From contig NIVC01002592.1 of NCBI GenBank assembly GCA_002269645.1, forward strand, positions 1 to 64,000: DNA of 64,000 bases, given 5' to 3'. Of the stretch, positions 27,001-38,870 are shown piece by piece (position 1 is the stretch's first letter; every line of letters starts with the position of its first letter). This DNA is from Macrostomum lignano (taxonomy: Eukaryota). Position numbers and translations under genes: made by a program. A model generated the notes under the pieces. That model did not search any database and had not been told where the DNA came from. It saw only the letters and a list, made by a program, of their open reading frames with translations.

Positions 27001-28439
27001 GAGGTTAAAGCAAAGGGGCCGGAGAGACGGAGGGAAAAAGGAATGAAAGAAAGAAAGAGGGAGGAATTGAAGAATAAAATCAAGACGTGTCGCGTCGAGA
27101 GTAGCTGCTCAGGGCTCAAAGCGGGCTCTTGACACGCATGGCTTATTTATAGCCCTGAGATATGCAACGCGAGAATAGAAGGCTGTGGCTTGTCCTTGGC
27201 CTCCGTTACCAAGCAACCGTGATGACGTCACCCACCAGTCGCGCTTTGATTGGATGAAAAATAGGGGTGGGGCGCAGCGGAGAAAAATGATTTATGATGG
27301 GGGATTACGTAAAAGGTGGGAAAGAGCTTAATGATATAGTGGGTCAAAACTGTCACACGCATGTGTGACGTTGCCAGTTTAAGGTGGTCCCGCAAAAGGG
27401 CCGTTGGACTGTAACTCCTCTACAATTTCTCCAATCGCTTATTTTAACGTTTACTTGTAGTAGTGCCCAATGAATCTGTACCTATCGCTAATTCACTGCG
27501 CGTTTTGCTATCCTTTCATGCGACCGTAGAAAACTTGCACGATCGATAATTTTAAGTTCTTTAGCCAGCCAATGAAAACCGCTCGTGCTTCGCGCTACCC
27601 CCCCCCTCTGCGCTCCTTTATTAACCCTCGCCTGGCGGGCTGGGGGCCTTCACTTGTTTCCCTTGTTTTCCTTGTTTTCCGTGCGTTCTCCTCTCTCTTG
27701 GCCTCTTGTCTGGCTTTTGTTTTTCCTCTCTTGTCTGGCTGCCTCGAGCCTCCTTATCTCTCGCCACGGCCCCTCTGTCTGGGCCAGCCTGTTTACACTA
27801 CTTCACTGTGTTCCGCCACGGCTAACGCCAATCTCGCCACTACTCATCTGCCTGCCTACTGCTACTCACTGCCTTCACTGTACTCATCGCCATTGCTCAT
27901 CACGTTGCGTTGCCACCGCATCATTCGCCTGCCACTGACTTCATATTCTAATTATCTTCAAAACCATTGTTGCAGCCGCCAGTGCCCAGAAAGCTATAGT
28001 TTGTGCATTGACAGTAATAACCAATCCTAATATTGATCTCAACAATAAAAACAACTACGGCAGTTTCCTGCCTTTATCGCCAAGTGCTCCGCTACACAAT
28101 CCGATTTGCAAGAGTTGACTTCGATTTATTTTGGAACTACGACTTACTGCAACTCTCGTCAAAACGGCCCTTTTAAGGGTCATAGCCATAGCTAGCCGCT
28201 ACATCAATAACCGTGACACATGAATGATTTCGAACAATAGAAAGGTGGTGGGGCACTGGTGCGCGGGGTATCGAGTGGGGTGGGCGATAATCATGAGTCA
28301 CAAGAATCACAGGGGAGAAAGGGAGGGTGCGCAAAATTAGTGGTGGGCCCAGGACGTGCCTCATCAATAAGTCTGAATGAGGCACTGAAGGCGCTCTGCG
28401 CTGAAACACTGCTCCAGGTGGTGTCCGATACGGTAATTT

Positions 28440-28785
28440 TGTGTCACCATCATCATCAGGTCCGTAGACAATGGCCGTTGATGCATCCATTTCTCGACAG
28501 CGACTCTCTACCTCGTTCGATCTACATGTAAGGCCATCCTCATCAGCTGCACCACCCTCTTTCCACTCCACTCCTTCAGATTGTCCATCCAGTCCCATTG
28601 TGGCCTGACTCTGCCCTTTCGTCCCTCAACACCACCTTCAACCACAGACTCAGCACTCCATCACTTCTCGCAACGTGCCCAAATTTCCTACTCTTCTGTA
28701 GGTCTGTAGGATCTGTAGGTCTGTAGGTCTTCATCTCGAAAGCTCTGAGCCGCTTTTCATCTTTTCCCATTGCCCAGCTCTCACA
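28440..28785 (-). pseudogene. 3' fragment of an RTE-clade LINE
   Basis: Minus-strand pieces CESWA..KDEKRLRAFEMKTYR, FGHVARSDG, EGRKGRVRPQWDWMDNLKEWSG, with frameshifts, followed by a short (GAT)n tail. Confidence 0.7.
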
Positions 28786-28950
28786 CGGGAGCACGAGAAT
28801 TGCCCGCAGACGGATTCCCGGCTGAGATTTGCCCGTCGAGCTTTTCCAGCCGAGAATTGCCCGCCGAGATTTGCCCGCAAGTGAATAATTGCTCGCGAGC
28901 AAATTGCCCACCGAATTTTTTCCCGCCGAGGTTTGCCCGTAATGCTTCTT
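28786..28950. repeat. Single arm of a foldback/MULE-like element with (GAGA)ATTGCCCGC subrepeats
   Basis: Begins GGGAGCACGAGAATTGCCCGC; similar arms at ~14763 and ~24498; no partner arm found. Confidence 0.55.
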
Positions 28951-30042
28951 TTCCTGCAGCGCATTAAATCACGCGGCAGGTTTTGTCTGCCATGCCTCCC
29001 TAATGCTTAGTAATTGTCTTAATAAAGAGATTTACCCGATCAAAACGTTTTGATGGTAACTGCGTATCAAATGCATTTTTTCGTGTGAGTTTTCATTTCT
29101 ATATAGAATACGAGCTACATGCAGGGGTACATCGGTGAGCTGCATTCATATGCCATGCCACTTAATTGTCCCCTAAATCTCTACAGCTCTGACAACCAAT
29201 TCTAAGACCTTCCCACCAATATTTTGAAGACCATTTTTAGTATATGGGTGATGATAGTCACAGATGAGCGTACACTGGTGTATTATAGGCCGCAGTTAGA
29301 TTAGTTTTTTTTCGTTTCTGCCGTTCGGAAGTTTCGCGCATGAACAATTTTGTTTATCGACCAGTAAGACCTAGGTAACTTTTAACTGCTTTAAAGAATA
29401 GCTACATGTGTACATGTATATCCAAGCAGAAAATTTCAAAGCTCACAGCCCCCATATGCAGGTACCTTGAATTTATACAGCCTAGGTAAGTTTAAAATGC
29501 ACAATTTACTTGGAAGTTGAGCAGCTCTGTTCACGAGTTTCAAGAAATAAAAGATATCAGAAAATTAATACTCTGCAAAAGTACTCGTCATTTCAATCTC
29601 ATTTCTGCTGGTCGCAAGTACATTTTTGATATCTTCACACCTGGACTAAAAACATCTCAACGAGACGTGCCAGACAAGCCATACCAGCATACTGCATGGA
29701 CAAGTACGTAGCATGTGAAGTTCATTCCTGCATTTTAAATCTATAGTTCGTCTTCGAATGTTTGAAAAGCTCGATATAATGCTTACATGTACACGCTTCG
29801 TCACTGCCAGTGTCTGCTGAAATCTGTCCACCGGTCCCGTTCCATATTCTAAAAGCTCTTTCACTGGCTGCTTCAGTGGACAGCATAGGCTATGGCGATA
29901 TCAGTTGGAAAGAGCTTGATAAGGTGGATTGAGCTTAGTTAAGCTGTGTCGCAAGTAGACCAAATGGAACAAATAGAATGCATGCTGCGTATGCATTTCC
30001 AAGCAGAAGCGGGCCAATCTGTGAGAAAAATAAGCGAGAGAA

Positions 30043-30579
30043 ATGTCCAGCGTGGAAACTGTCACAGTGGAGTCGCTCGAAACTCAGGAGGACCCGAGTC
30101 AGACTGACACTGACAGCAGCATTATGGATCTGAGAATGCCCATTTACCGGACAAGCATTGTGCACCTCACGTTGTCCGGCATAAACAGCCTCCTCACTCT
30201 GCTGCTGCTGTGCGCCAAGCTCTTCACAATTATCTTCAATGGAGTCTTCCCCTCCCTATGGTACCTCAGCTTCCTGTACACTGTGTTACGCATCCTCCAC
30301 ATCTGCGCAGGCGCAACGGCCTACACAGTTAAGGACGTCTCTATTGACCATTTAAAAACCCGCGTTAGCATGGCCTGCGCCGTCTGTGGAATCAGCGTCC
30401 TATTCTCGCTGGGCGAAGCCATCGGCAGAGGATTCGAGACCAACTATTACATGAAGACAAATGACGTGCTGAATGGAGTCGGTAGCGGCGTCCAGGTACT
30501 ACTGAATCTGGGGCTCTGCATTCTCAGTGCCATTCTGACTGTTATGTGCGCAACGCTTACAGGCAAGCTGAGGTCATGA
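30043..30579 (+). CDS. Intronless 178-aa protein with ~4 hydrophobic segments (MS4A/tetraspan-like topology), unknown family
   Basis: Clean ATG-TGA ORF, GC-richer than its flanks; acidic N-terminus followed by four apolar stretches. Confidence 0.6.
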   Translation: MSSVETVTVESLETQEDPSQTDTDSSIMDLRMPIYRTSIVHLTLSGINSLLTLLLLCAKLFTIIFNGVFPSLWYLSFLYTVLRILHICAGATAYTVKDVSIDHLKTRVSMACAVCGISVLFSLGEAIGRGFETNYYMKTNDVLNGVGSGVQVLLNLGLCILSAILTVMCATLTGKLRS

Positions 30580-31246
30580 GCGAGAGAGCACCAATTACAA
30601 TTTCGTCAACCGGAAACAGATATACGGAATATGTTTTCTTTTGTTCTAGTTCATCTTGTAACTTGGGAATTCTTATTGGCGCAAAATATTTGCTCTATAA
30701 GTATACTTTATCTATTTTTATATTGATTTTTAGACTTTAATAAGTCTCACTACAATTTTGCATTGCTTGTGCTCCGAAAAGATATAGTTTGAGATTTTTT
30801 CTATGACAATTATAAAACCTATGCAGAAAAATCAAAACTTTGCATCGCTAATCATGTGCAAAATGTATCTGAAATAACAAACCACGAGGTCAGGGTAGCT
30901 AAAGAAGGACGCGCCCGTGTAACGCTTATCTAATCCCCCCACCCCACCGCTCCCATAAAAAGTTCCATCCGCTAACAACTGAATGAGAGGCAACCATTCA
31001 ACCAGCAAGCTCGACGAATGACAGGGCTCAACTTTGCACCTACAGTGTATTAGAGATGTACGTGGAATTGCGCTGGAAGACAGGGGTAGGCCGGGCGCCA
31101 CCAGACTATGCACTGAGAAATATATGTAGGGGGTGTCCACCAGAAATACATCTAGGTGCGCCCCCTCTAGGCACCATGACATGTACATGTATAGCATACA
31201 TGTACCGTGTTTGCACATAAATTTGCCTGCCGCGATGCTTACCCTC

Positions 31247-31827
31247 CAGGGTGGATTTCATGAAGCCGCTTAGACAAATTACAAGTGACAATTGGTGACA
31301 ATTCCGACAAGTAATGCGTTTCATGAGATTATATGAAAAATCGACAAGTTGCAAGTAACAGGAGACTATATTTAATTTTCAAGTGCTCTCCTGACCACTT
31401 GTAGACATAGACTATACGCTTTTGTGACCAAGCAGTCACTGGAATGCTCTGGAGCACATTGGTTCATCCAAGCTTCACTATCAGTTTTTGCGATCGATCA
31501 GCGTGATGCATGCATATGTTTAGCGATATTGAGGATGAGGACAATTGGTTGATTGAACAAGCTTCCCAAACATACAGGACCGCCCCACTATAAAAAATCA
31601 ATCTAAAAGAAAGACGGCTTCTTTGTGCTTCATTTAAAATAGGGAAAAATAAGTCAAAATTCAAATGACTAATAGGGATAAAAACATCTTCGACGAGATT
31701 TAGATTTTTGCACATAGACATGGAATTTCGAGCGAGCACTTTCAATAGTTGTCAAGCGTTTTGTAAAAGCTGTGTCACTTAATTGTCATTTTTCTCACTT
31801 GTAGTTTTCTCATGAAATCCACCCCAG
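31247..31827. mobile_element. MITE with GGGTGGATTTCATGA inverted termini
   Basis: CAGGGTGGATTTCATGA at ~31247 versus TCATGAAATCCACCCCAG at 31810-31827; inner GTGACAATT/AATTGTCA also inverted. Confidence 0.55.
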
Positions 31828-34800
31828 ACGTTTTTCCCACCACCATGAGGGCGACACCGCGGCCTCCTAACCCTGTGTTTTTTCTACCCTGCAATGGCTT
31901 CTCGCGTCCCATTATTTGGCCCCCCGCTGCTCGCTCCACAATTCACTAGCTATAGCTCTCTCCTGTCCCTACAAAGTCAATTTGATCAGCAAACCCGGAC
32001 AACTGAAATGTATATATATACGTACAAGTAAAATGACGCAATTAATAAATTCTGCTATCGACTACCATACAGTATCCGCCTTTTTTAGAGTAAGGGTTGA
32101 TTGGCCGGTGTCCACGATCAGTATATCGATATATCGGCCTTTGATCCATTGGCATGGCTATCGGCCCCGCGCCCTGGGCCATACATGTACATGTACGTAA
32201 CATGTGCATGTTACATATACATAGCTATAGCACTAGCACGGATCCTGCTCGAGAGAATTTGTCTATTGCGGTAAACTAAACGTTCAAGGACGACAAGCAC
32301 GCGTGTGCTTAAGGACACAACAGGACATGCAGAGACTCGATTCTTAGAAAGTTTTAAGGGCTAGGTTTGCGCAAACTATCTGCTACGAACATAGGAGCTT
32401 TTTATTTTTCGGCATGAAAATAGCGATAGCTTTTTCATTGGAAGCTAATGGAAAGCCCCAATTTTTTATAAGAAACGACGTTTGCTGTACATGTATTCTT
32501 TATTATAGTGCTTGGCCAAAGCCTCATTTAGAGCACACGCTTGAATGCATTCTCTCAATAATATGAGGCTTTTAACATTTTACCAATTCCAGAACCAGAA
32601 TAGGTTCCGATCTTCCAAAAAACAATATAAATACTATAATTAACTTTGTTGATTTTTTTACTGCCTTAACAGCCTCCTCACTTTACACAATTGTGATTTT
32701 CTTCTTGGCTATTGCCATTCAATACAATGTAATTACAACTTTATAGCACGTAACCCATCTAGTTTAAGATACAGAGAGTTAATACATGTACGCTTTGCAA
32801 ATATAGGATCTGCATATGATCTGCAAATACTAGAACCGGACCAATTAAAAGGCCCAATGTAATTCGATCATGTATTTTCCCTAAATTCAGTACTCTAGTA
32901 TGCATATTACTGTAGTTAGTTTATGTAAACGTACAGCTGTAGAGAAAAAATCAAACGAGATTAAAACGCAAAAAGTAGGTGAGAAATATAACACATGAAT
33001 AGCTGGGCAAAACTAGAAAGGAAGAATATTCCAAAAACAGACAAGGAAAAGAGACAGTCTAAACGCCCAGGTGTTACTCAAAGGGGAAACCCGTTGCTGT
33101 CAAAGTTTAACACAGACGCAAAGAAAAGAATAGAGACGTAAGCATTATTTTAAATACATAAAAAAATTTTGCAAATATTTATAGTAGACAGCAACACTTC
33201 TTTGCTGGAATAGAATTTTCTTTACAATTTCATCAAGATAAATCGAAATTTAAATTATTCAAAATCATCCAAGAATCACTGACAGTGCGACGACCCGCTT
33301 TTTATTATTATTAACGTGTCAGTAGAGCACAATCACACAAACATACCGCAAGTAATTTCCTAGAATTTTTCTGCAAAAAAGTGGGCTGTGTTAATAGCTG
33401 GAGCATTGACTGCATTTTAGCTAATTATAACATGATTTTGTCTAACAAAGTATTTCGAAACCGACTTTTTTCTTACAATTCTCTGTCATCTCTGGTAAGT
33501 CTAGTCCTGACTTGGTTGGGTCAAGAGAAAACGACATCAATCCTTTTATTGCTATATTTTGGCCATGCAGCAATCTAATGTTGGCGATGTTAGTCAACAT
33601 CCTATCCTAATGTTTATTGATATTTATATGATGACATAAGTATTGGAATAAGAACAGCCATGGCCCATCCCATTTTTAAGTAGGGGGGCATCAGTAGTAC
33701 CTGCCCACTACTTTTTAAAAAGTTTTTGATATATTTTTCTTCAAATAAAGTGTTAAAATTGTTATAATTTTATAATCCATATAAGTATTTGTTACTTTGG
33801 ATTAGTGGATTAGTGATAGGCTTAGAGTTAGACCCATTTAACCATAGTCAAGAAAATGGCCTTTTTCATAGAAAATTCTGGCGCAAAAGGACATTGAATG
33901 TGTGCCATACAAGCACATTTTGCCACAACAGTAGGCAGCAAGCAGCAGGGAAGAGGGGAATCTGGCGCAATATAGTATTAAGACAATTTAAGAAAATTTT
34001 TGGCATAATTTGGTCTTGGTGCAAGACAAAACCTTTAAGTAAAAAAATTACATAGGCTTTTTTAAACTTTGAATGTGAATCTAAATGTCAATTGGGAAAT
34101 GAATATATATATTTATGTTCCTATATTTTTATAAAAGATTTATGATATACAATGCAAATAAATTTGGTAGGATTTATTGTTGCCCAAGGTGCAATCAAAC
34201 TTTTTTGATAAATTTATTCTAATATAGGTATGCCATGATCTTGACTATGGTGAAAGACTAAATTATAGATTTTTTGAAAACAAAATCCAAATATACAAAA
34301 AAATTGAAATTAAAATCAAAATAATAAAATATTTCTAAATACATTTCTAAATATAAGCAAAAAGTTAAAATTAAACAATGGGAAAGACCATAAAACTTTT
34401 ATGAAGAATACCTTATCATCTAATTAATGATCTAATTAGTGCCACATAAATTGACTAATAAGATTCTATTTATCTAAGGCTTATACTATATCAATCTAGT
34501 ATCTAATGAAACTTAAAAAAGATAGACATAAATTCAATTCTATTGTGAATTTTATGTGACATTATAAATTTTTGAAATAAAAAGAAAAGGTTTCCAGTTC
34601 ATTCGTCTGCCAACAGTTCATCTGCTGAGTAGACAAAACGCCCTTTCCTTTTAAAACTGTTTGTCTACTGGGAAATGGGGTGGGGATGAGGAGTGGGATG
34701 GGGACTAGGGAGCTGCCTCTGTCTGGACAACTTCTCTGTTCATTAACATTGTTATAAAGTGCTGTAAGTATAGCCCAGTCTCATCATTTTAACAAACTAT

Positions 34801-34953
34801 TTTACAATCACCTAAAATAAGAAATAATAACAAACTATTTTACAATCGTCTAAAATAAGAAAGCTTAACCAAAAACAATGGAATGGAAACTGCTAAAAAT
34901 TTGATAAAGATAAAAATATTGGCAAATAGTTATTCTCATTCAAACTTTCTCGG

Positions 34954-35139
34954 ATGCAAAACATCTGTGTCATTTGTAGAAAGTGTGTAAGCACTCGACA
35001 GCAAGCTTTGCAATGTGATGATTGCAGTCAATGGCAGCACTGAATATGTGATTCAGGCATAAGCCAAAAGGAGTATTGTCAAATTCTAGAAGATGACGCT
35101 TCATTTAATTGGATTTGCTGCCACTGTAAATGGGAAAAG
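34954..35139 (+). pseudogene. PHD-finger exon with an in-frame TGA (35041)
   Basis: MQNICVICRKCV...ALQCDDCSQWQH*IC...WICCHC fits the C4HC3 pattern; ends at an AAG|GTAAGC donor. Confidence 0.8.
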
Positions 35140-35264
35140 GTAAGCAAAGTAAAATTGATCACATTATCGTTTTTCAATCCCTTTTTAAGAAAAGACATAT
35201 GTATGTGTACGTGTATGTCAGTGAAAAAAATTCGAAATGAAATACATGATAGCAAACTTGGTGA

Positions 35265-37639
35265 GTGCCGACAGCCGCCGCCAATCTACCAGCACTCGCG
35301 ACCATGCCAGTACTGCTGCGGATCCACGCAGCACTCCATGCTGGTGCTGCCGCGGATCCACCTGCAGCTGTCCACGCCGGTGCTGCCCCAGATCGAAATT
35401 CCGATGGACTACAGGATCCGACGCCTCTTGTTGAAGTGCAGCTAGAGTTGCAGCAAGAACATTTTGAGCTAAAACGCGGTATTAGTAAACGCGGTGGTGA
35501 TCTTCTAGTATCCTCGTTTGGATATCTTCTAGGGCAGAACGGAGGCAAAGCTGGCTCCAATTATTGGAAGTGCATCGTCCGCAATGAAGACTTGAAGTGC
35601 AATGGCTCAGTGAGGCAGACTGCTGATGGTGCTTTCTATGTGAGCTGGCCACACATCTGTCATGCTGACAAGGCAGCTGGAATTAAGAGAGAGATGCATT
35701 GGGAAGTAAAAAACGAGGCGAAGCGATGCCGATTCGAGCCAGCAGCAGAAATAGCTGAAGGTGCTTTGATTGCCCACTCTCTGCGCGATGATTTAGGAGT
35801 AAATCCTCCAACTGTTGAGCAGCTGGGCAGAAACGCGAATAGATTTCGAGCTGGAAGTCAGCCCCAGCATCCAAGCGACCTCAAATTTGAACTGCAAGAT
35901 GCGGCTCTTCCATCCAACTTTCTTAAGTCAGATCTCCGTGTCGCCAGAACACAAAAGCGCCATCTGCTTTTTGCCACGGACGAGCAGCTTGCAATCCTGA
36001 CCAACACAGAAACATGGTTTCTAGATGGCACATTCTACGTCGTGAAAAGACCCTTCATGCAGCTTTATTCCAGTAAGTTTGGCTACGTGCTGTACAAAGA
36101 TTGCTGCTTAATGACCCAGCCACTCACCCACTAATTCACTTTCACCCAGCCCAGTCACGCACCCACTTAATTCACTTTCACCCAGCCCAGTCACTCACCC
36201 ACTTAATTCACTTTCACCCAGTCACTCACCCACTTAATTCACTTTCACCCAGTCACTCACCCACTTAATTCACTTTCACCCAGTCACTCACCCGCTTAAT
36301 TCACTTTCACCCAGTCACTCACCCACTTAATTCACTTTCACCCAGTCACTCACCCGCTTAATTCACTTTCACCCAGTCACTCACCCACTTAATTCACTTT
36401 CACCCAGTCACTCACCCGCTTAATTCACTTTCTTTCACCCAGCCACTCACCCACTTAATTCACTTTCACCCAGCCCAGTCACGCACCCACTTAATTCACT
36501 TTCGCCCAGCCCAGTCACTCACCCACTTAATTCACTTTCACCCAGTCACTCACCCACTTAATTCACTTTCACCCAGCCCAGTCACTCACCCACTTAATTC
36601 ACTTTCTTTCACCCAGCAACTCACCCACTTAATTCACTTTCACCTAGTCACTCACCCACTTAGTTCACTTTCACTCAGTCACTCACCCACTTAGTTCACT
36701 TTCACTCAGTCACTCACCCACTTAATTCACTTTCTTTCACCCAGTCACTCACCCACTTAATTAACTGTCACCCATTCACTCACAAAACGTGGTAATTCTC
36801 TATCATCCAACTTTTTTATTTTTTCTCGTTTCAGTTCATGGACTTCTTCAGAAGGATGGAAAGCAAAAACAAGTGCCTTTGTTCTTTGCACTAATGTCGG
36901 GAAAATCGAAGTACGATTACGTAGAAGTTTTGCAACACGTACTTGAGCTGACTGGAACGGCACCCTCCAACGCTGTGCTGGATTTTGAGGAAGTCATGTG
37001 GGAGGCGCTGCATCATGCCTGCCCCAATGCTCAGCTACAAGGTTGTGCCTTCCACTTTGCACAAAGTATATTTCGCAAAGTCCAGGAGCTTGGTCTCTCC
37101 GCGTCCTACGCAGCAGACGGAGGCACAAGACTTTTCTGCAGAAAGCTGATGGCGCTAATCCACCTTCCTGCCGAACACATCTACACGGCGTTTAGCGCTC
37201 TCGCTGAAGAGGCGAACTCCGAAGCGCTGGTAGCACTCTGCCGCTACGTAGACACGACGTGGCTCTCCAGCAGCATATGGAGTCTCAAAGAGCTTTCGGT
37301 CTACCGCAAGAGAGAGCGTACCAACAACTCCATCGAAGGATGGCACATGGCCCTCAACAGGAGAGCGAGAAAGGGCAACCTATATCTGATGCCTTGGCAG
37401 ATCTGCTTGCTCAGCAGGCTACCTTGGGGGTTCTTCAAGCCCATCAGTTGCAAACATCGGAAAGTGCTGGTAGGCGAGTCAGACCAGTGTACAGGCGGCG
37501 TGAGGAGAAAATTAAAGCTGCCTGGCAGGAGTTTGACAACAGTGCTCGCCAGAGGGCAGACATCATGCGCCTTCTGCGCTTGTGTGCCAGCCTCACAGCC
37601 AAATTTGTTAAGTTGCCGCTTGTGCCTAACAACAATTGA
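35265..37639 (+). pseudogene. FLYWCH-like plus MULE DDE transposase; intron 36073-36834; one frameshift near 37385
   Basis: WFLDGTF (D1); spliced QLYS|IHG...KQVPLFFALM; VLDFE (D2); GCAFHF (CxxH); RTNNSIEGWH (E). C-terminal helices continue in the neighbouring frame (ALADLLAQQA...LLRLC). Confidence 0.9.
36113..36765. repeat. 31-bp minisatellite (~20 copies, with 35/36-bp variants) inside the transposase intron
   Basis: Unit CAGTCACTCACCCACTTAATTCACTTTCACC; period 31 (36188 to 36219). Confidence 0.95.
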
Positions 37640-38479
37640 ACAAATTAATTAATTTTTATGACTGAACAATCGCAATGTCAATAGTATGTATTAATTAGCA
37701 CCTTAAAGCATGTCCACACCATCCCCTAAGCTTTCTCGCATTGCGTCACTTTATCAAAATTCATACAGTCTTACAAAATAAACAATAGCTAGATCCGTTT
37801 GTTGAATTGCTCATTCTCAAACATTGCTCTCTGTGTTCATTTGTGTTAATAGGCCTGGAGGAGCGAGTCAGAACTCTAAATACTTTAGCTATTTGAACTA
37901 AGGAATTAGTTCTTGCAGTTTTAATCATAGTTCTGTGAAGTTCAATCGATTGCATAATTTACATGTATGCACTCATATTCTTAAACTCTATAGTTGCTAT
38001 AGCCACTGCGCCACCGTGTTGAGAGCAATGAATGCACAAGGGCGTAACTGTTCAACTATTATTAAATCAAGTATAATAACACATTGAAACTATAGTTGTG
38101 TTTGACTGTCAGCTAATGTTTAAATAGCTGTATATATTGTTACATATTCATGCGGCTATATTGCGCAAATAAGAGCTGTACGTAGAATATTTGTAAAATA
38201 TGTCAAATGAACTTATGATTGTTTTATGTAAAATGCTTCAACTGAAATAAATAATACATGTAGCTAGCTAAGTGTAGTCATTTTTGGTAACCGCTTAAAC
38301 TACAGAAAAATCTACATGTATTTACAGCTTTCATCACAATGTAAATGAGAAACTAAGTTGAGTGACAAATGTACAGTTGCACTTGCATACTCCCATACAC
38401 ACTCAGCATGTGCATGTATGGAGTTGAAGTGAAACCGAGATCAAGGAATTAGATTGGGGAAATCTTAGTGGGAAAGTTT

Positions 38480-38783
38480 TTACAGCCTCAGACTTTCCAC
38501 TCTCAGCCTCGATCTCCAATCTTCAGTCTCAGCTCAAGCTCTCAGCCTCTCTCCACTCTCAGCTTACTCTCAGCCTTTCTCCACTCTCAAGCTCTCTCCA
38601 ATCTCCACTCTCAGCTCACTCTCAGCCTCTCTCCACTCTTAACCTCTCTCCAATCTCCTCTCCCATCTTCCTCTCCTCTCTCCTCTCTTTCCTTTCATCT
38701 CCTCACCTCTCTCCTCTAATCTCCCTTCCACTCCTCTCCCCTTTCTTCTCTCCTTCTCTTCTCTCTAGCTCATCTTCTCACTC

Positions 38784-38840
<57 letters not shown>

Positions 38841-38870
38841 TGAGTGAGTGAGTGAGTGAGTGAGAGAGGG
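38480..38870. repeat. CT-rich low-complexity tract followed by (GA)n and (GAGT)n
   Basis: Direct reading. Confidence 0.85.

Noticed and set aside
26186-28030. ORFs of 70-150 aa as genes
   Set aside because: No motifs; composition suggests UTR-like or low-complexity sequence.
29400-32800. Frequent TACATGTA (and TAGGCCTA elsewhere) as a regulatory code
   Set aside because: Scattered without positional pattern; better explained by mutation bias or simple-sequence enrichment.
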